DNA of 64,000 nucleotides. Origin: a virus. The stretch spans positions 1 through 64,000 of IMG/VR virus record IMGVR_UViG_3300044730_000222. One strand, 5' to 3'. The stretch's first letter is position 1; every line of letters begins with the position of its first letter. A program made the translations under genes and the position numbers. The notes beneath the pieces were generated by a model that was given only the letters and a program-made list of their open reading frames with translations, searched no databases and was not told the origin of the DNA. This document shows positions 26,532 through 34,682 of the stretch, in pieces.

Positions 26532-27254
26532 ATGCCTAACTGGTGTTATAACACTCTTTCTATAGAAGGTAAGCCTGAACTCATTGCGGATGTTAAGCGT
26601 ATGCTTAATAGACCATTTAAGAAATCTCATGATTCATGGAACATGGCTACAGGACAAATGGAAGTATCAGAAACCGCATACTCTAATCCTGTTTTTGCTT
26701 TTCATAATATATATAATCATATTCAGGACGGTGTCTCTGATGAGGAGTATCTAAAGCAACCTGACCATAGCCTACCATTAGAAGAATCTCTTATGTTCAA
26801 AGGCAACCATTGGTATGACTGGAATGTAAGAAACTGGGGAACCAAATGGGATGTAGCAATTAGACATGGTGAGGAGTATCCTGAGACTGAGTTAATGGAA
26901 GAAGATGAGACTTCTCTTTCATACCGTTTTAATACCGCTTGGTCTCCACCAGTGCCTGCTATTATCAAACTATCTGAACAGTATCCTGACTTAGATTTTA
27001 ATCTATACTATCAAGAAGAAACTGGTTGGGGTGGAGAAACAGAATTCAAAAATGGTTTTATTACTAATAGTGAAGAGTATGAGACTAAGTGTATGGATTG
27101 TGATTCATTAGATACCCTTGAATATTGTGACAATGATTGTGGTCAGATTTGTTCAGAGTGTAACTATATGGGCGAAGCAGACCTTGACCAAGTTGCGGAA
27201 TGTGAAGACCACAAGATATACTTAGACAACGTTCCTGAATACAGAAAGGTATGA
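26532..27254 (+). CDS. DUF1281/YubB ferredoxin-like fold protein
   Basis: MPNWCYN, WYDWNVRNWGTKW, F.TAWSPP motifs; Cys-rich tail. Confidence 0.8.
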   Translation: MPNWCYNTLSIEGKPELIADVKRMLNRPFKKSHDSWNMATGQMEVSETAYSNPVFAFHNIYNHIQDGVSDEEYLKQPDHSLPLEESLMFKGNHWYDWNVRNWGTKWDVAIRHGEEYPETELMEEDETSLSYRFNTAWSPPVPAIIKLSEQYPDLDFNLYYQEETGWGGETEFKNGFITNSEEYETKCMDCDSLDTLEYCDNDCGQICSECNYMGEADLDQVAECEDHKIYLDNVPEYRKV

Positions 27255-27255
27255 A

Positions 27256-27474
27256 ATGGAATCAGAATACATCAATAGAAAAGTTAAACTAATAGAATAT
27301 ACCAAACTACATGTTATTAGTTTAGAACAGGATTTGGAACAAATATCTATTGAAATGGAAGCATTAGATATGAACTCTAAAGATTGGGATGAGTTAGATT
27401 TTGAATATAATCATATGGGAGGACAGATTCTTTCTGCCCGTCATCTTTTACAAGTTATGGAGGAAATGCTCTAA
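27256..27474 (+). CDS. Small acidic helical protein
   Basis: ORF track; resembles the next gene (GQI/GQL). Confidence 0.65.
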   Translation: MESEYINRKVKLIEYTKLHVISLEQDLEQISIEMEALDMNSKDWDELDFEYNHMGGQILSARHLLQVMEEML

Positions 27475-27728
27475 TGGAAGAATATCTGCAGAAACAGGTA
27501 GACATGGGTAGTTCTGGTTTAGATATCATGCATGGGCACCTCAAAGTTCTAATGCTAGAGGCTGAACAAGAACTGGCGGAGGCACAAGCAATCGAAGATG
27601 AATCAGAAGAGGCTATGGATTCTATGGAGCGTAAGTATTGGGAAGGCCAATTAGACGCACTTGCTAATCTATATAGTTTGACATATGACTTGTCATTTGC
27701 CATTGCAGCCAAGGAGGCAGCAAAATGA
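27474..27728 (+). CDS. Small acidic helical protein
   Basis: ORF track; TAATG coupling. Confidence 0.65.
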   Translation: MEEYLQKQVDMGSSGLDIMHGHLKVLMLEAEQELAEAQAIEDESEEAMDSMERKYWEGQLDALANLYSLTYDLSFAIAAKEAAK

Positions 27729-28021
27729 AACTATATCAAATAGAACTAATTCATGAGGCTACAGGTGAGTACATGAATTTTGAATATACATCAGACGCAA
27801 AAAGCGATGACGCTGTCTGTTCTGAGATTCTGTCAGATCTATCTGTAGTTATTCTAAGTAAAGAGGATTTGACAGAGGAAGAGGAATTTGATACTATTAA
27901 AGCAAACCAACTACAGAAAGGTAGTGAAATGCAACACGAACATTATTGGGATACACCGTCAGACAAGTCACTCGTAGCAGAGTGTGCCTGTGGAGAACAA
28001 CTAGAAAGGGTTCAAGATTAA
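27725..28021 (+). CDS. Hypothetical protein, possibly with an internal start at 27929
   Basis: Internal TTGACA promoter and AGAAAGG RBS precede MQHEHYW. Confidence 0.55.
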   Translation: MKLYQIELIHEATGEYMNFEYTSDAKSDDAVCSEILSDLSVVILSKEDLTEEEEFDTIKANQLQKGSEMQHEHYWDTPSDKSLVAECACGEQLERVQD

Positions 28022-28383
28022 TGGGTGCCCGCTGTAACTTTGTATTTAAACAATCAGATAACTATGCTGTGGCTTTGTACAGTCACTGGGATGAAGACAA
28101 CATGTATGAACTACTTGCTGCAGCCCTAGACCATGCACGTCCACGTCTACAAATGGGAGACATTCCATATGCGACTCGTATGGCCATTAGTTATATTATT
28201 AAAGATTCTATTTTGGATGAGACTGGTTACGGTATTACTGCCATGGACCCGTCAGACCAAGGATTCTTAGACCATCCAATCACAATCGACCTAACAGATA
28301 TGACTGTGGGCAGTGGTGAGGATTGGCACACTATTGAAGATTTTATTAAATATCATTCAATACAACTGGTTAAACAATCTTAA
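28021..28383 (+). CDS. Conserved phage hypothetical protein (MGAR...LYSHW...ETGYGI)
   Basis: Start moved to ATG 28021. Confidence 0.7.
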   Translation: MGARCNFVFKQSDNYAVALYSHWDEDNMYELLAAALDHARPRLQMGDIPYATRMAISYIIKDSILDETGYGITAMDPSDQGFLDHPITIDLTDMTVGSGEDWHTIEDFIKYHSIQLVKQS

Positions 28384-28505
28384 CTGAGGGCCTAGCGTGG
28401 TGAACTAGGCTGAATGCGTGGGGTGGGTCCCTCACGTGATATAAGGGTAGAGCGCAGGTGTGGGGCTTGCGCTCTCCCAACATCTTTGATACAATGAGGA
28501 GGAAT

Positions 28506-28742
28506 ATGTCAAGATACTCAATCCGTAAGCCTGCGGTAACTAAAGAACAACAAGTAGCCAAGAAAGTCGCAAGGGCATTAACAGAAGATTTTAATAGCGA
28601 CTTAGAAGGAGTTGGCTACTCTATTAGTGCTGACCATGCGCCTATTATTTTTCACAGACTAGAAACAATGTATTTGGCTTCTAAAGATGAACATGATAGA
28701 ATTATGGGTAGAGAAGTAGAAACGGAAGGTTTTGGCAGATGA
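28506..28742 (+). CDS. Hypothetical protein
   Basis: GAGGAGG RBS before ATG 28506. Confidence 0.65.
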   Translation: MSRYSIRKPAVTKEQQVAKKVARALTEDFNSDLEGVGYSISADHAPIIFHRLETMYLASKDEHDRIMGREVETEGFGR

Positions 28743-29023
28743 TAGAGTTTGCGAACAAATGCGGTATCCTAGGAGAAGTCTGGATTAATTATAAGGATGA
28801 TAAGCAATTCGGAGACTTTATAGAATACAATGATTTAGGACTGCCCCTGGCATACATGATAGCCGAGGGTCTAATAAAAGAAATAACTCCTCTAGGAGAA
28901 CAATACATAGATGAAACCTTTACTTTGTTTATTGCTGGTTTAGAAATAAATGAAAATGAAGTAGATGAAGAAATGAATTTAGCAGACTTATTAGACTATG
29001 TAGAAAAGAAAAAGAAGAAATAG
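28739..29023 (+). CDS. Hypothetical protein (FIEYNDLGLPLAY)
   Basis: ORF track. Confidence 0.7.
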   Translation: MIEFANKCGILGEVWINYKDDKQFGDFIEYNDLGLPLAYMIAEGLIKEITPLGEQYIDETFTLFIAGLEINENEVDEEMNLADLLDYVEKKKKK

Positions 29024-29029
29024 ATTATT

Positions 29030-29700
29030 TGATATCGGGACCTCCGTATAGGGAGGACCCCATATTCAAACCATAAAACCTTTCAAACCATATTTTTTAA
29101 AAGACATTACGAACAAATCTAAAAAAATCCCAGAAGTTTATCAAATAAATTTTTATTTGTCAAATCAGATCTATATCCTATAGGTAGTATATGTAGTATG
29201 ATATGTTTTTTTGTATACCCCGCCGCAGGCGTGTCTGTTAATTTAGATAGACATTACGAACCGCCTCAAAGTCCCCCCCTCTGAACGGCCCGTAAAAGCG
29301 GCGGTATAAAAAACATTACGAACACCCTATATCTTTCCCCATATATACAAACCATATATACATTACGAAGGACATATATTTTTTCCTGGATTTTTAGAAT
29401 ATTTCCCATATGTTTTATAACTTTTTGTTATACTTTTCCACAGTTTTGGACAGGTTTTATAACATTTCTATATCAAATATTGAGACAATTTTGTCCATAT
29501 TGTGGATATAAATAGGTTTGACAATATGAATTTTATATGGTATAGGGTTTGGGAACTGGGTTGGTTTGAACTGCCAGTATTACGAACGCACTCTAGAAAG
29601 TGCTCCATTCCCCACTTTCCTCCATTTTCCTCCACCTATTTCCTATGATATTTATATCAGTAAGATTTTTCTGTGGATAAACCTGTGGATAACTATACAA
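29030..29700. promoter_or_regulatory. Non-coding control region with five (C/T)ATTACGAA repeats and DnaA boxes
   Basis: Repeats at 29105, 29252, 29314, 29361 and 29578; TGTGGATAA at 29672 and 29684; TTTTCCACA at 29434. Confidence 0.75.
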
Positions 29701-29728
29701 ATTTGCCTATATCTGCTATACTTTTTAC

Positions 29729-29944
29729 ATGCCTAGTCAACATACAAAATGGTTTAAAGATGATCGCCTTGTAAAGGCTCTAGATGATATGCGCCAACGC
29801 AATATGGAATTTATGTCCAAGTGTTATTATTGTGGCGCAGAAGCGGTAGCCATAAAATCTATAGGTGAAAGACTATATCCAGCCTGTGATATTCATCCAG
29901 GAGTAGATGAAGTTATTCAATCAGAATCTTTCTTTAAAGACTAA
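29729..29944 (+). CDS. Small Zn-binding protein
   Basis: CYYC...C..H; leaderless. Confidence 0.6.
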   Translation: MPSQHTKWFKDDRLVKALDDMRQRNMEFMSKCYYCGAEAVAIKSIGERLYPACDIHPGVDEVIQSESFFKD

Positions 29945-30156
29945 TTTTTAGGCGGTATACCCAAAGGCATATCCGTAACATTATCAAATGCCTCTTCACA
30001 TAATGGGCAATAGGAATTAGGCAATCTTCCACTTCTTAAAGTTGATCCACCCAATAATATCAAACCTGCTTCACTTAAATCCAAGGTCTTCTGGCTTACT
30101 ACTCCATAGACTATAGGTATTAGTTTTGTCTTACATCTAGTACATATACTACTCAT
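29941..30156 (-). CDS. Small Zn-ribbon protein (C..C...IPIVYG...LGG...C..C)
   Basis: ORF track; near-leaderless TGCTATACT promoter. Confidence 0.65.
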   Translation of the reverse strand: MSSICTRCKTKLIPIVYGVVSQKTLDLSEAGLILLGGSTLRSGRLPNSYCPLCEEAFDNVTDMPLGIPPKN

Positions 30157-30214
30157 ATAGGGTTAGTATAGCAGTTCTTGGTATACCGTGGTATTTTTTG
30201 ATATACCCCTTGAT

Positions 30215-30243
30215 TTGCATACTTGCCCATAGTTGTGTATAAT
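30215..30243 (+). promoter_or_regulatory. Sigma-A-type promoter of the sRNA
   Basis: TTGCAT-N17-TATAAT. Confidence 0.75.
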
Positions 30244-30250
30244 TGGATAT

Positions 30251-30358
30251 AGAAGGGCCTAGAAACCCTTCTCTCCCCTCCCTTTCTGGGGGAGCAAGTC
30301 GTCCCTCCCTTTCTGGGGATGCGCTCCTGAGCATGAGCGATAAACTGCTCATCTTTTT
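30251..30358 (+). ncRNA. Putative anti-Shine-Dalgarno sRNA: three hairpins (two CCCUUUCU loops), 3' pseudoknot copy 5, U-tract
   Basis: Promoter directly upstream; stems read from the sequence; no credible ORF. Confidence 0.7.
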
Positions 30359-30692
30359 ATTGTATAATGCCTTAATGCATTTACATAGATATTTAACAAA
30401 AGAACTAGGTAATAAGATCATATATTATTGCCAAAGATGTGGATGGGAAAAAGTAGTTGACATACCGCCCCCTACATGGGATAATTGAGGTATGAAACTA
30501 ACTAATGAATATATCAAGACAGAACTTATTAAGATCAATGAGTTATTAATATCAGGCTCTCTTCATGATGTAGATGAGGCTAGTCATATATCAGCAAGGT
30601 TAATAGGGGAACTTAGTTCTTCTTGACATACCGCCGACTTTCTGATACACTGAAAGCACGTGGATTATATATCGTAGAAAAGTGAGAATAAC

Positions 30693-31070
30693 ATGAATCC
30701 AAAAATGACAATCGTAGGGCGCTTAGGAAAAGATCCTGAAGCAATCGGCACATCAGGTGCTCGTTTTAGCGTAGTAACACAAGACCGTGTAAAAAATGAC
30801 AAGGGCGAATGGGAAGACCGTGACACTACTTGGCATAGCATTAAGGCTTGGAAAACGCTAGGACAACAGGCTCTATCTACTTTGAAAAAGGGTCAAGAAG
30901 TAATTGTTTATGGAACATTCAGTGCAGATGAGTGGGTTGATAAAGAAGGCCAGAAGCGTGTCACAAATGAGGTACACGCCGAAAGCATTGCCGTTACGGT
31001 ATATACTTTATCCAAGATGAACACAACTCCTGTCAATGATCCTTGGGTCAAGGAAACAGTAAACGCATAA
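30693..31070 (+). CDS. ssb: Single-stranded DNA-binding protein
   Basis: IVGRLGKDPE, LKKGQEVIVYG and W.DKEGQKR motifs. Confidence 0.9.
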   Translation: MNPKMTIVGRLGKDPEAIGTSGARFSVVTQDRVKNDKGEWEDRDTTWHSIKAWKTLGQQALSTLKKGQEVIVYGTFSADEWVDKEGQKRVTNEVHAESIAVTVYTLSKMNTTPVNDPWVKETVNA

Positions 31071-31321
31071 TGTTTGACGATGATGCTACTGAGTGGGAGA
31101 CGAGGCGTATTGATAACTCTCGTCCCCCACTTCGGTGGATAGCAAATCTAGCAGGACACTTTGCATCAGGTGCAATGGTCCGTATGTTTAATAGAGAAGA
31201 AGATGGAATAGATTCTTCTTTTGGATATGAAGTAGATAAAATTATCTGGGACAAACTTTGGCCTATTTATGAAAAATATGGCACGGTATATGAAATGAAG
31301 TTTGGAGAAGATTATGAATGA
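31070..31321 (+). CDS. Hypothetical protein
   Basis: TAATG coupling to ssb. Confidence 0.6.
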   Translation: MFDDDATEWETRRIDNSRPPLRWIANLAGHFASGAMVRMFNREEDGIDSSFGYEVDKIIWDKLWPIYEKYGTVYEMKFGEDYE

Positions 31322-31529
31322 ACAAGAACTAAGAGATAAGATAGCAAAAGAAATTCAAGACTTTGATTTAAGTGAGGGTAGCAATATTCATTTAAATGCT
31401 TTAGGTATGAAAATGATTGCTGTAGACATAGCAAAAGGAAAGTAATAAACCATATTGCCCCGCAAAGGGGCAAATGGTGGTTTTATTGTTCTATTTTGCG
31501 CCGAACTTTAATGCTGTTATAATCAAATT

Positions 31530-31811
31530 ATGACTACAAACCGAATAGTTGCTCTTAGCACAACTTCCCCAATATTGCTAAGTCCAGCAGGCACACACTC
31601 TGGAGTTGACATTACTGTTCAAAACATTAATGCTGAAGGATATGTTTATATTGGCGGATCAAACTTAACTAATGGAAACTATGGTTTTAGAATTGATCCA
31701 AGCCATGCAATTTCAGTTGAATTAAATGGAAGAGACTCTTTGTATGCCCTTGGTTCTACCAGCGGACTATCTGCTTCTATTCTTATGACTAACTTAGAAC
31801 AAGGTATGTGA
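31530..31811 (+). CDS. Small beta-rich, possibly virion, protein
   Basis: VQN.....VYIGG......YGFR motif; leaderless. Confidence 0.55.
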   Translation: MTTNRIVALSTTSPILLSPAGTHSGVDITVQNINAEGYVYIGGSNLTNGNYGFRIDPSHAISVELNGRDSLYALGSTSGLSASILMTNLEQGM

Positions 31812-32383
31812 TGGCACGTTTTTATACACCGCCAGATGGTGGAGCAATTCCTGGTCCACAAGGACCAACTGGTGCAACAGGTGCAACTGGACCGCAAGGA
31901 CCACAGGGAATACCTGGAACAGCAGGTGGATTTGGATCCTATGGATCTTGGTATGATATTGGAGATCAAATCGTAAACACAGTTTCTGTTGGTCAGCCAG
32001 TTCTAATTAGACAGCAAGACATTGTTAGTGGTTTTTCTAGAAGTGGCGATAGCAGAATAGTAGCAGCAAATGCTGGAGTATATAATCTTATGTTTTCATT
32101 TCAATTACACAACAATGGTGGTGGTGGACCTGGAACCACGGCTGAAATATGGTTTGCAAAAAATGGAATAGCAATTCCTGAATCAAATACCCGTATTGCA
32201 GTAAATACAAATAGTCCCTATGTTGTTGCTGCATGGAATTTATTTCAGCAGTTAAGTGCATCAGATTATTTAGAGATTTACTGGGCTACAGACAACGCTA
32301 ATATAAGATTAGAGCATAATACAGGTGCAATGGGTGGACCAGCGATTCCATCTGCTATTGTTACTATAAATCAAGTGGGATGA
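31808..32383 (+). CDS. Collagen-like repeat plus C1q/TNF-like head protein
   Basis: GPQGPTGATG repeats; GVYNL.FS.Q...DYLEIYW. Confidence 0.7.
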   Translation: MMARFYTPPDGGAIPGPQGPTGATGATGPQGPQGIPGTAGGFGSYGSWYDIGDQIVNTVSVGQPVLIRQQDIVSGFSRSGDSRIVAANAGVYNLMFSFQLHNNGGGGPGTTAEIWFAKNGIAIPESNTRIAVNTNSPYVVAAWNLFQQLSASDYLEIYWATDNANIRLEHNTGAMGGPAIPSAIVTINQVG

Positions 32384-32395
32384 TACAATTGAGGT

Positions 32396-33136
32396 ATGCC
32401 TGAATTAAATGCAAACATACCCCCAATTGAATGCTATGTAAGAGGAAATTTCTTACGTGATCAAAAAGACAGCCACGATAAATATTTTCCTTGTGTAATC
32501 TTTGGTGTATCCAGCGTACCAAACAGAAGCCCTTTGTTTCATTTTATGATGGAAGATGGCGGTATCTGGTGGAGAATGCCTATCAATGCTTTTTGTACCA
32601 AGCCTGGTGTTAAGGAAGAAGATATACATAACTTAGTATTGTGGAATTCATTTAGTCCTTTTGTTACCGTCACAAAATTCTCAAACCTTGCAAACCTTCG
32701 CATGTTTTATATGGACAGAACTAAGACTAAGATATCTGGTAAGTATTTATTTACTTTGGATTGGTATAGCGGAGATGCTAACAGCCTTGATGATGGCTAC
32801 TCTGAAAATCCTGGTCAGCATAAGTGTGGTCATGTTATTCAGCGTGATGATGGTAACTTTGCTATTCAGCCTAATAACCGTATCTTTGCTTTAGAACCTT
32901 CATTTACTACTAAGCCTGGTAAACCTGTTATACATCGCCTTATCAATACCCGCAAATGGGATGTAGAAGATGCTGCAAAGTGGGTAACAGAAGATTCAGA
33001 TGCCTATCATTACGACATTACGAACACAGATGAAATGCGCCCAGTAGTTAAAGAGGCTCTTGATAAGTTGTTGGCTGATCCAAATACTGATGTTATTATG
33101 GAAAGATTAAAGTATATGGAAGATAATGGTATATGA
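32396..33136 (+). CDS. Conserved aquatic-phage hypothetical protein
   Basis: LNANIPP...GKYLFTLDW...HKC.H...GNFA.QPNNR; leaderless. Confidence 0.7.
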   Translation: MPELNANIPPIECYVRGNFLRDQKDSHDKYFPCVIFGVSSVPNRSPLFHFMMEDGGIWWRMPINAFCTKPGVKEEDIHNLVLWNSFSPFVTVTKFSNLANLRMFYMDRTKTKISGKYLFTLDWYSGDANSLDDGYSENPGQHKCGHVIQRDDGNFAIQPNNRIFALEPSFTTKPGKPVIHRLINTRKWDVEDAAKWVTEDSDAYHYDITNTDEMRPVVKEALDKLLADPNTDVIMERLKYMEDNGI

Positions 33137-33290
33137 GAGAATCTTTTGAATTCCCTGAAACTTTAAACGAAGTAGTTTTAGTTGTACAAACATTATCTCC
33201 AACAAAATGGTTACTTGTAGATAGAGAAACTGGACAGGTGTATCAGGGTAGTCCTTCTGGTAACTGGGATAAGTTAGAGCCTAAACAAAG

Positions 33291-34016
33291 ATGAATAAAC
33301 TGGGTGGGTTTGGTCCTGTATACGTAATTAATCTAGCACGTAGAACTGATAGACGTGAGCATATGGAAAAACTATTTAAAGGTTACGATATAACTAATTA
33401 TACTTTCATAGATGCTTTTGATGGACAAGAAAATATTCATCAGCATATGTATGAAGGAGAAAGAAAAAATGACAAGGCTGCAAAAAGAACAGAAACTGCT
33501 GCCTGTATGTCCCATCTTAAAGCCATTAAGCATTGGTTAGACACTAGTGATAGTGAGTATGCCATGTTTGCAGAAGATGATCTTTCTATGGATACCGTTC
33601 AATATTGGCCATGGACTTGGCAAGAATTTCTAGATGCAATATATTTTGATTACGATGTTCTGCAACTTTGTTTAACACAGTTTAATCAAAAGAAATTGTC
33701 AATGCATAAAAGATATAGGACAGATTACAGCGCTGGGCTCTACATGTTAAAAAGATCTCATGCACAAGCAGTCATTGATAGGATGATTATTGATGGCAAA
33801 TACAATGTTAACATAAAAAGAGATGATGTAATAGTAGATCACGGTGTTATTATGGGCGGTACTGATAGGGCCTATGCCTGTGGATTATTTACATATGATG
33901 TTTCTATGCCTTCTGATATCAATCCATCTGGGCTTAGACTACATACTAAGTGCAGAGATTCTGTGATTACCTTCTGGAAACAAAATAAAATGTCATTGAA
34001 AGAGTTCATTGACTAA
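33291..34016 (+). CDS. Glycosyltransferase family 25-like
   Basis: YVINL..R.DRR, A.DG, C..SH and EDD motifs. Confidence 0.85.
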   Translation: MNKLGGFGPVYVINLARRTDRREHMEKLFKGYDITNYTFIDAFDGQENIHQHMYEGERKNDKAAKRTETAACMSHLKAIKHWLDTSDSEYAMFAEDDLSMDTVQYWPWTWQEFLDAIYFDYDVLQLCLTQFNQKKLSMHKRYRTDYSAGLYMLKRSHAQAVIDRMIIDGKYNVNIKRDDVIVDHGVIMGGTDRAYACGLFTYDVSMPSDINPSGLRLHTKCRDSVITFWKQNKMSLKEFID

Positions 34017-34150
34017 TGAGATTTTGTTTGGTATCATAGAGTAATGAAAAAAGAAAAACTTCCAGATTTAAGAGATCCAAGAACATTTCTTAAAGAAATT
34101 ATTATTGGTGCATTTATTCTTGGCTTTATTATAGGAGCGTTAATCGCACA

Positions 34151-34366
34151 ATGACAGATAAAAGTTTTTTAGATGAACTAACAGAAGATCAGCGCAATGA
34201 GGTGTGGAAACTGCTTGTGTATACCATAAAAGAAATGCGTGAAGAGATTGCAAAAGAGATTGAGAATACCGCAGCAGATTGGAAAATGGCTGGTAAGGTA
34301 AAAAGTCGTAATACACTAAAGGCTTTTAAGGAATCTGCCAGTATTGCTAGAGGTGTTGAAAATTAA
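34151..34366 (+). CDS. Hypothetical protein
   Basis: ORF track. Confidence 0.6.
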   Translation: MTDKSFLDELTEDQRNEVWKLLVYTIKEMREEIAKEIENTAADWKMAGKVKSRNTLKAFKESASIARGVEN

Positions 34367-34439
34367 TAAATATGATATTTTTATAACTTTACAAAATAAA
34401 ATTTTTACTGTATAATAGAAATAAGGACTAGGAGAAAAA

Positions 34440-34682
34440 ATGTACATTAAAGCAAGATTTGCCATACAGTTTGATGAGCAGTTAAAAAATATTGATCCGA
34501 AGATAGTTGAGACATTGCTTGATAAACATGGTGCGCCCGTTATTCAAAAAGTCGCAGATTGGGCATCTGAAATAGTAACACAAACAGTAAAAGATATAGT
34601 CGAAAAAGATAAAATAAAAGATTATATTGTTTGGGATATTAGTAGCGAACCAAACTCTGAAATTACACCATTCTCATCATGA
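34440..34682 (+). CDS. Hypothetical protein
   Basis: AGGAG RBS and TATAAT promoter. Confidence 0.6.
   Translation: MYIKARFAIQFDEQLKNIDPKIVETLLDKHGAPVIQKVADWASEIVTQTVKDIVEKDKIKDYIVWDISSEPNSEITPFSS

Noticed and set aside
29105-29590. LexA/SOS boxes suggested by CGAAC
   Set aside because: Only half-sites; no GTTCG partner at 4-bp spacing.
22821-30351. Hammerhead ribozyme, preQ1 or SAM-II riboswitch identity for the pseudoknot
   Set aside because: The CUGAUGA/GAAA core and the riboswitch consensus nucleotides are absent, and the location is 3' rather than 5' of genes.
30149-30488. ORFs 30149..30421 (-) and 30243..30488 (+)
   Set aside because: Their low-complexity repeats come from the RNA hairpins; weak starts and no RBS. 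The sRNA reading explains the sequence better, though a short ORF from about 30376 is possible.
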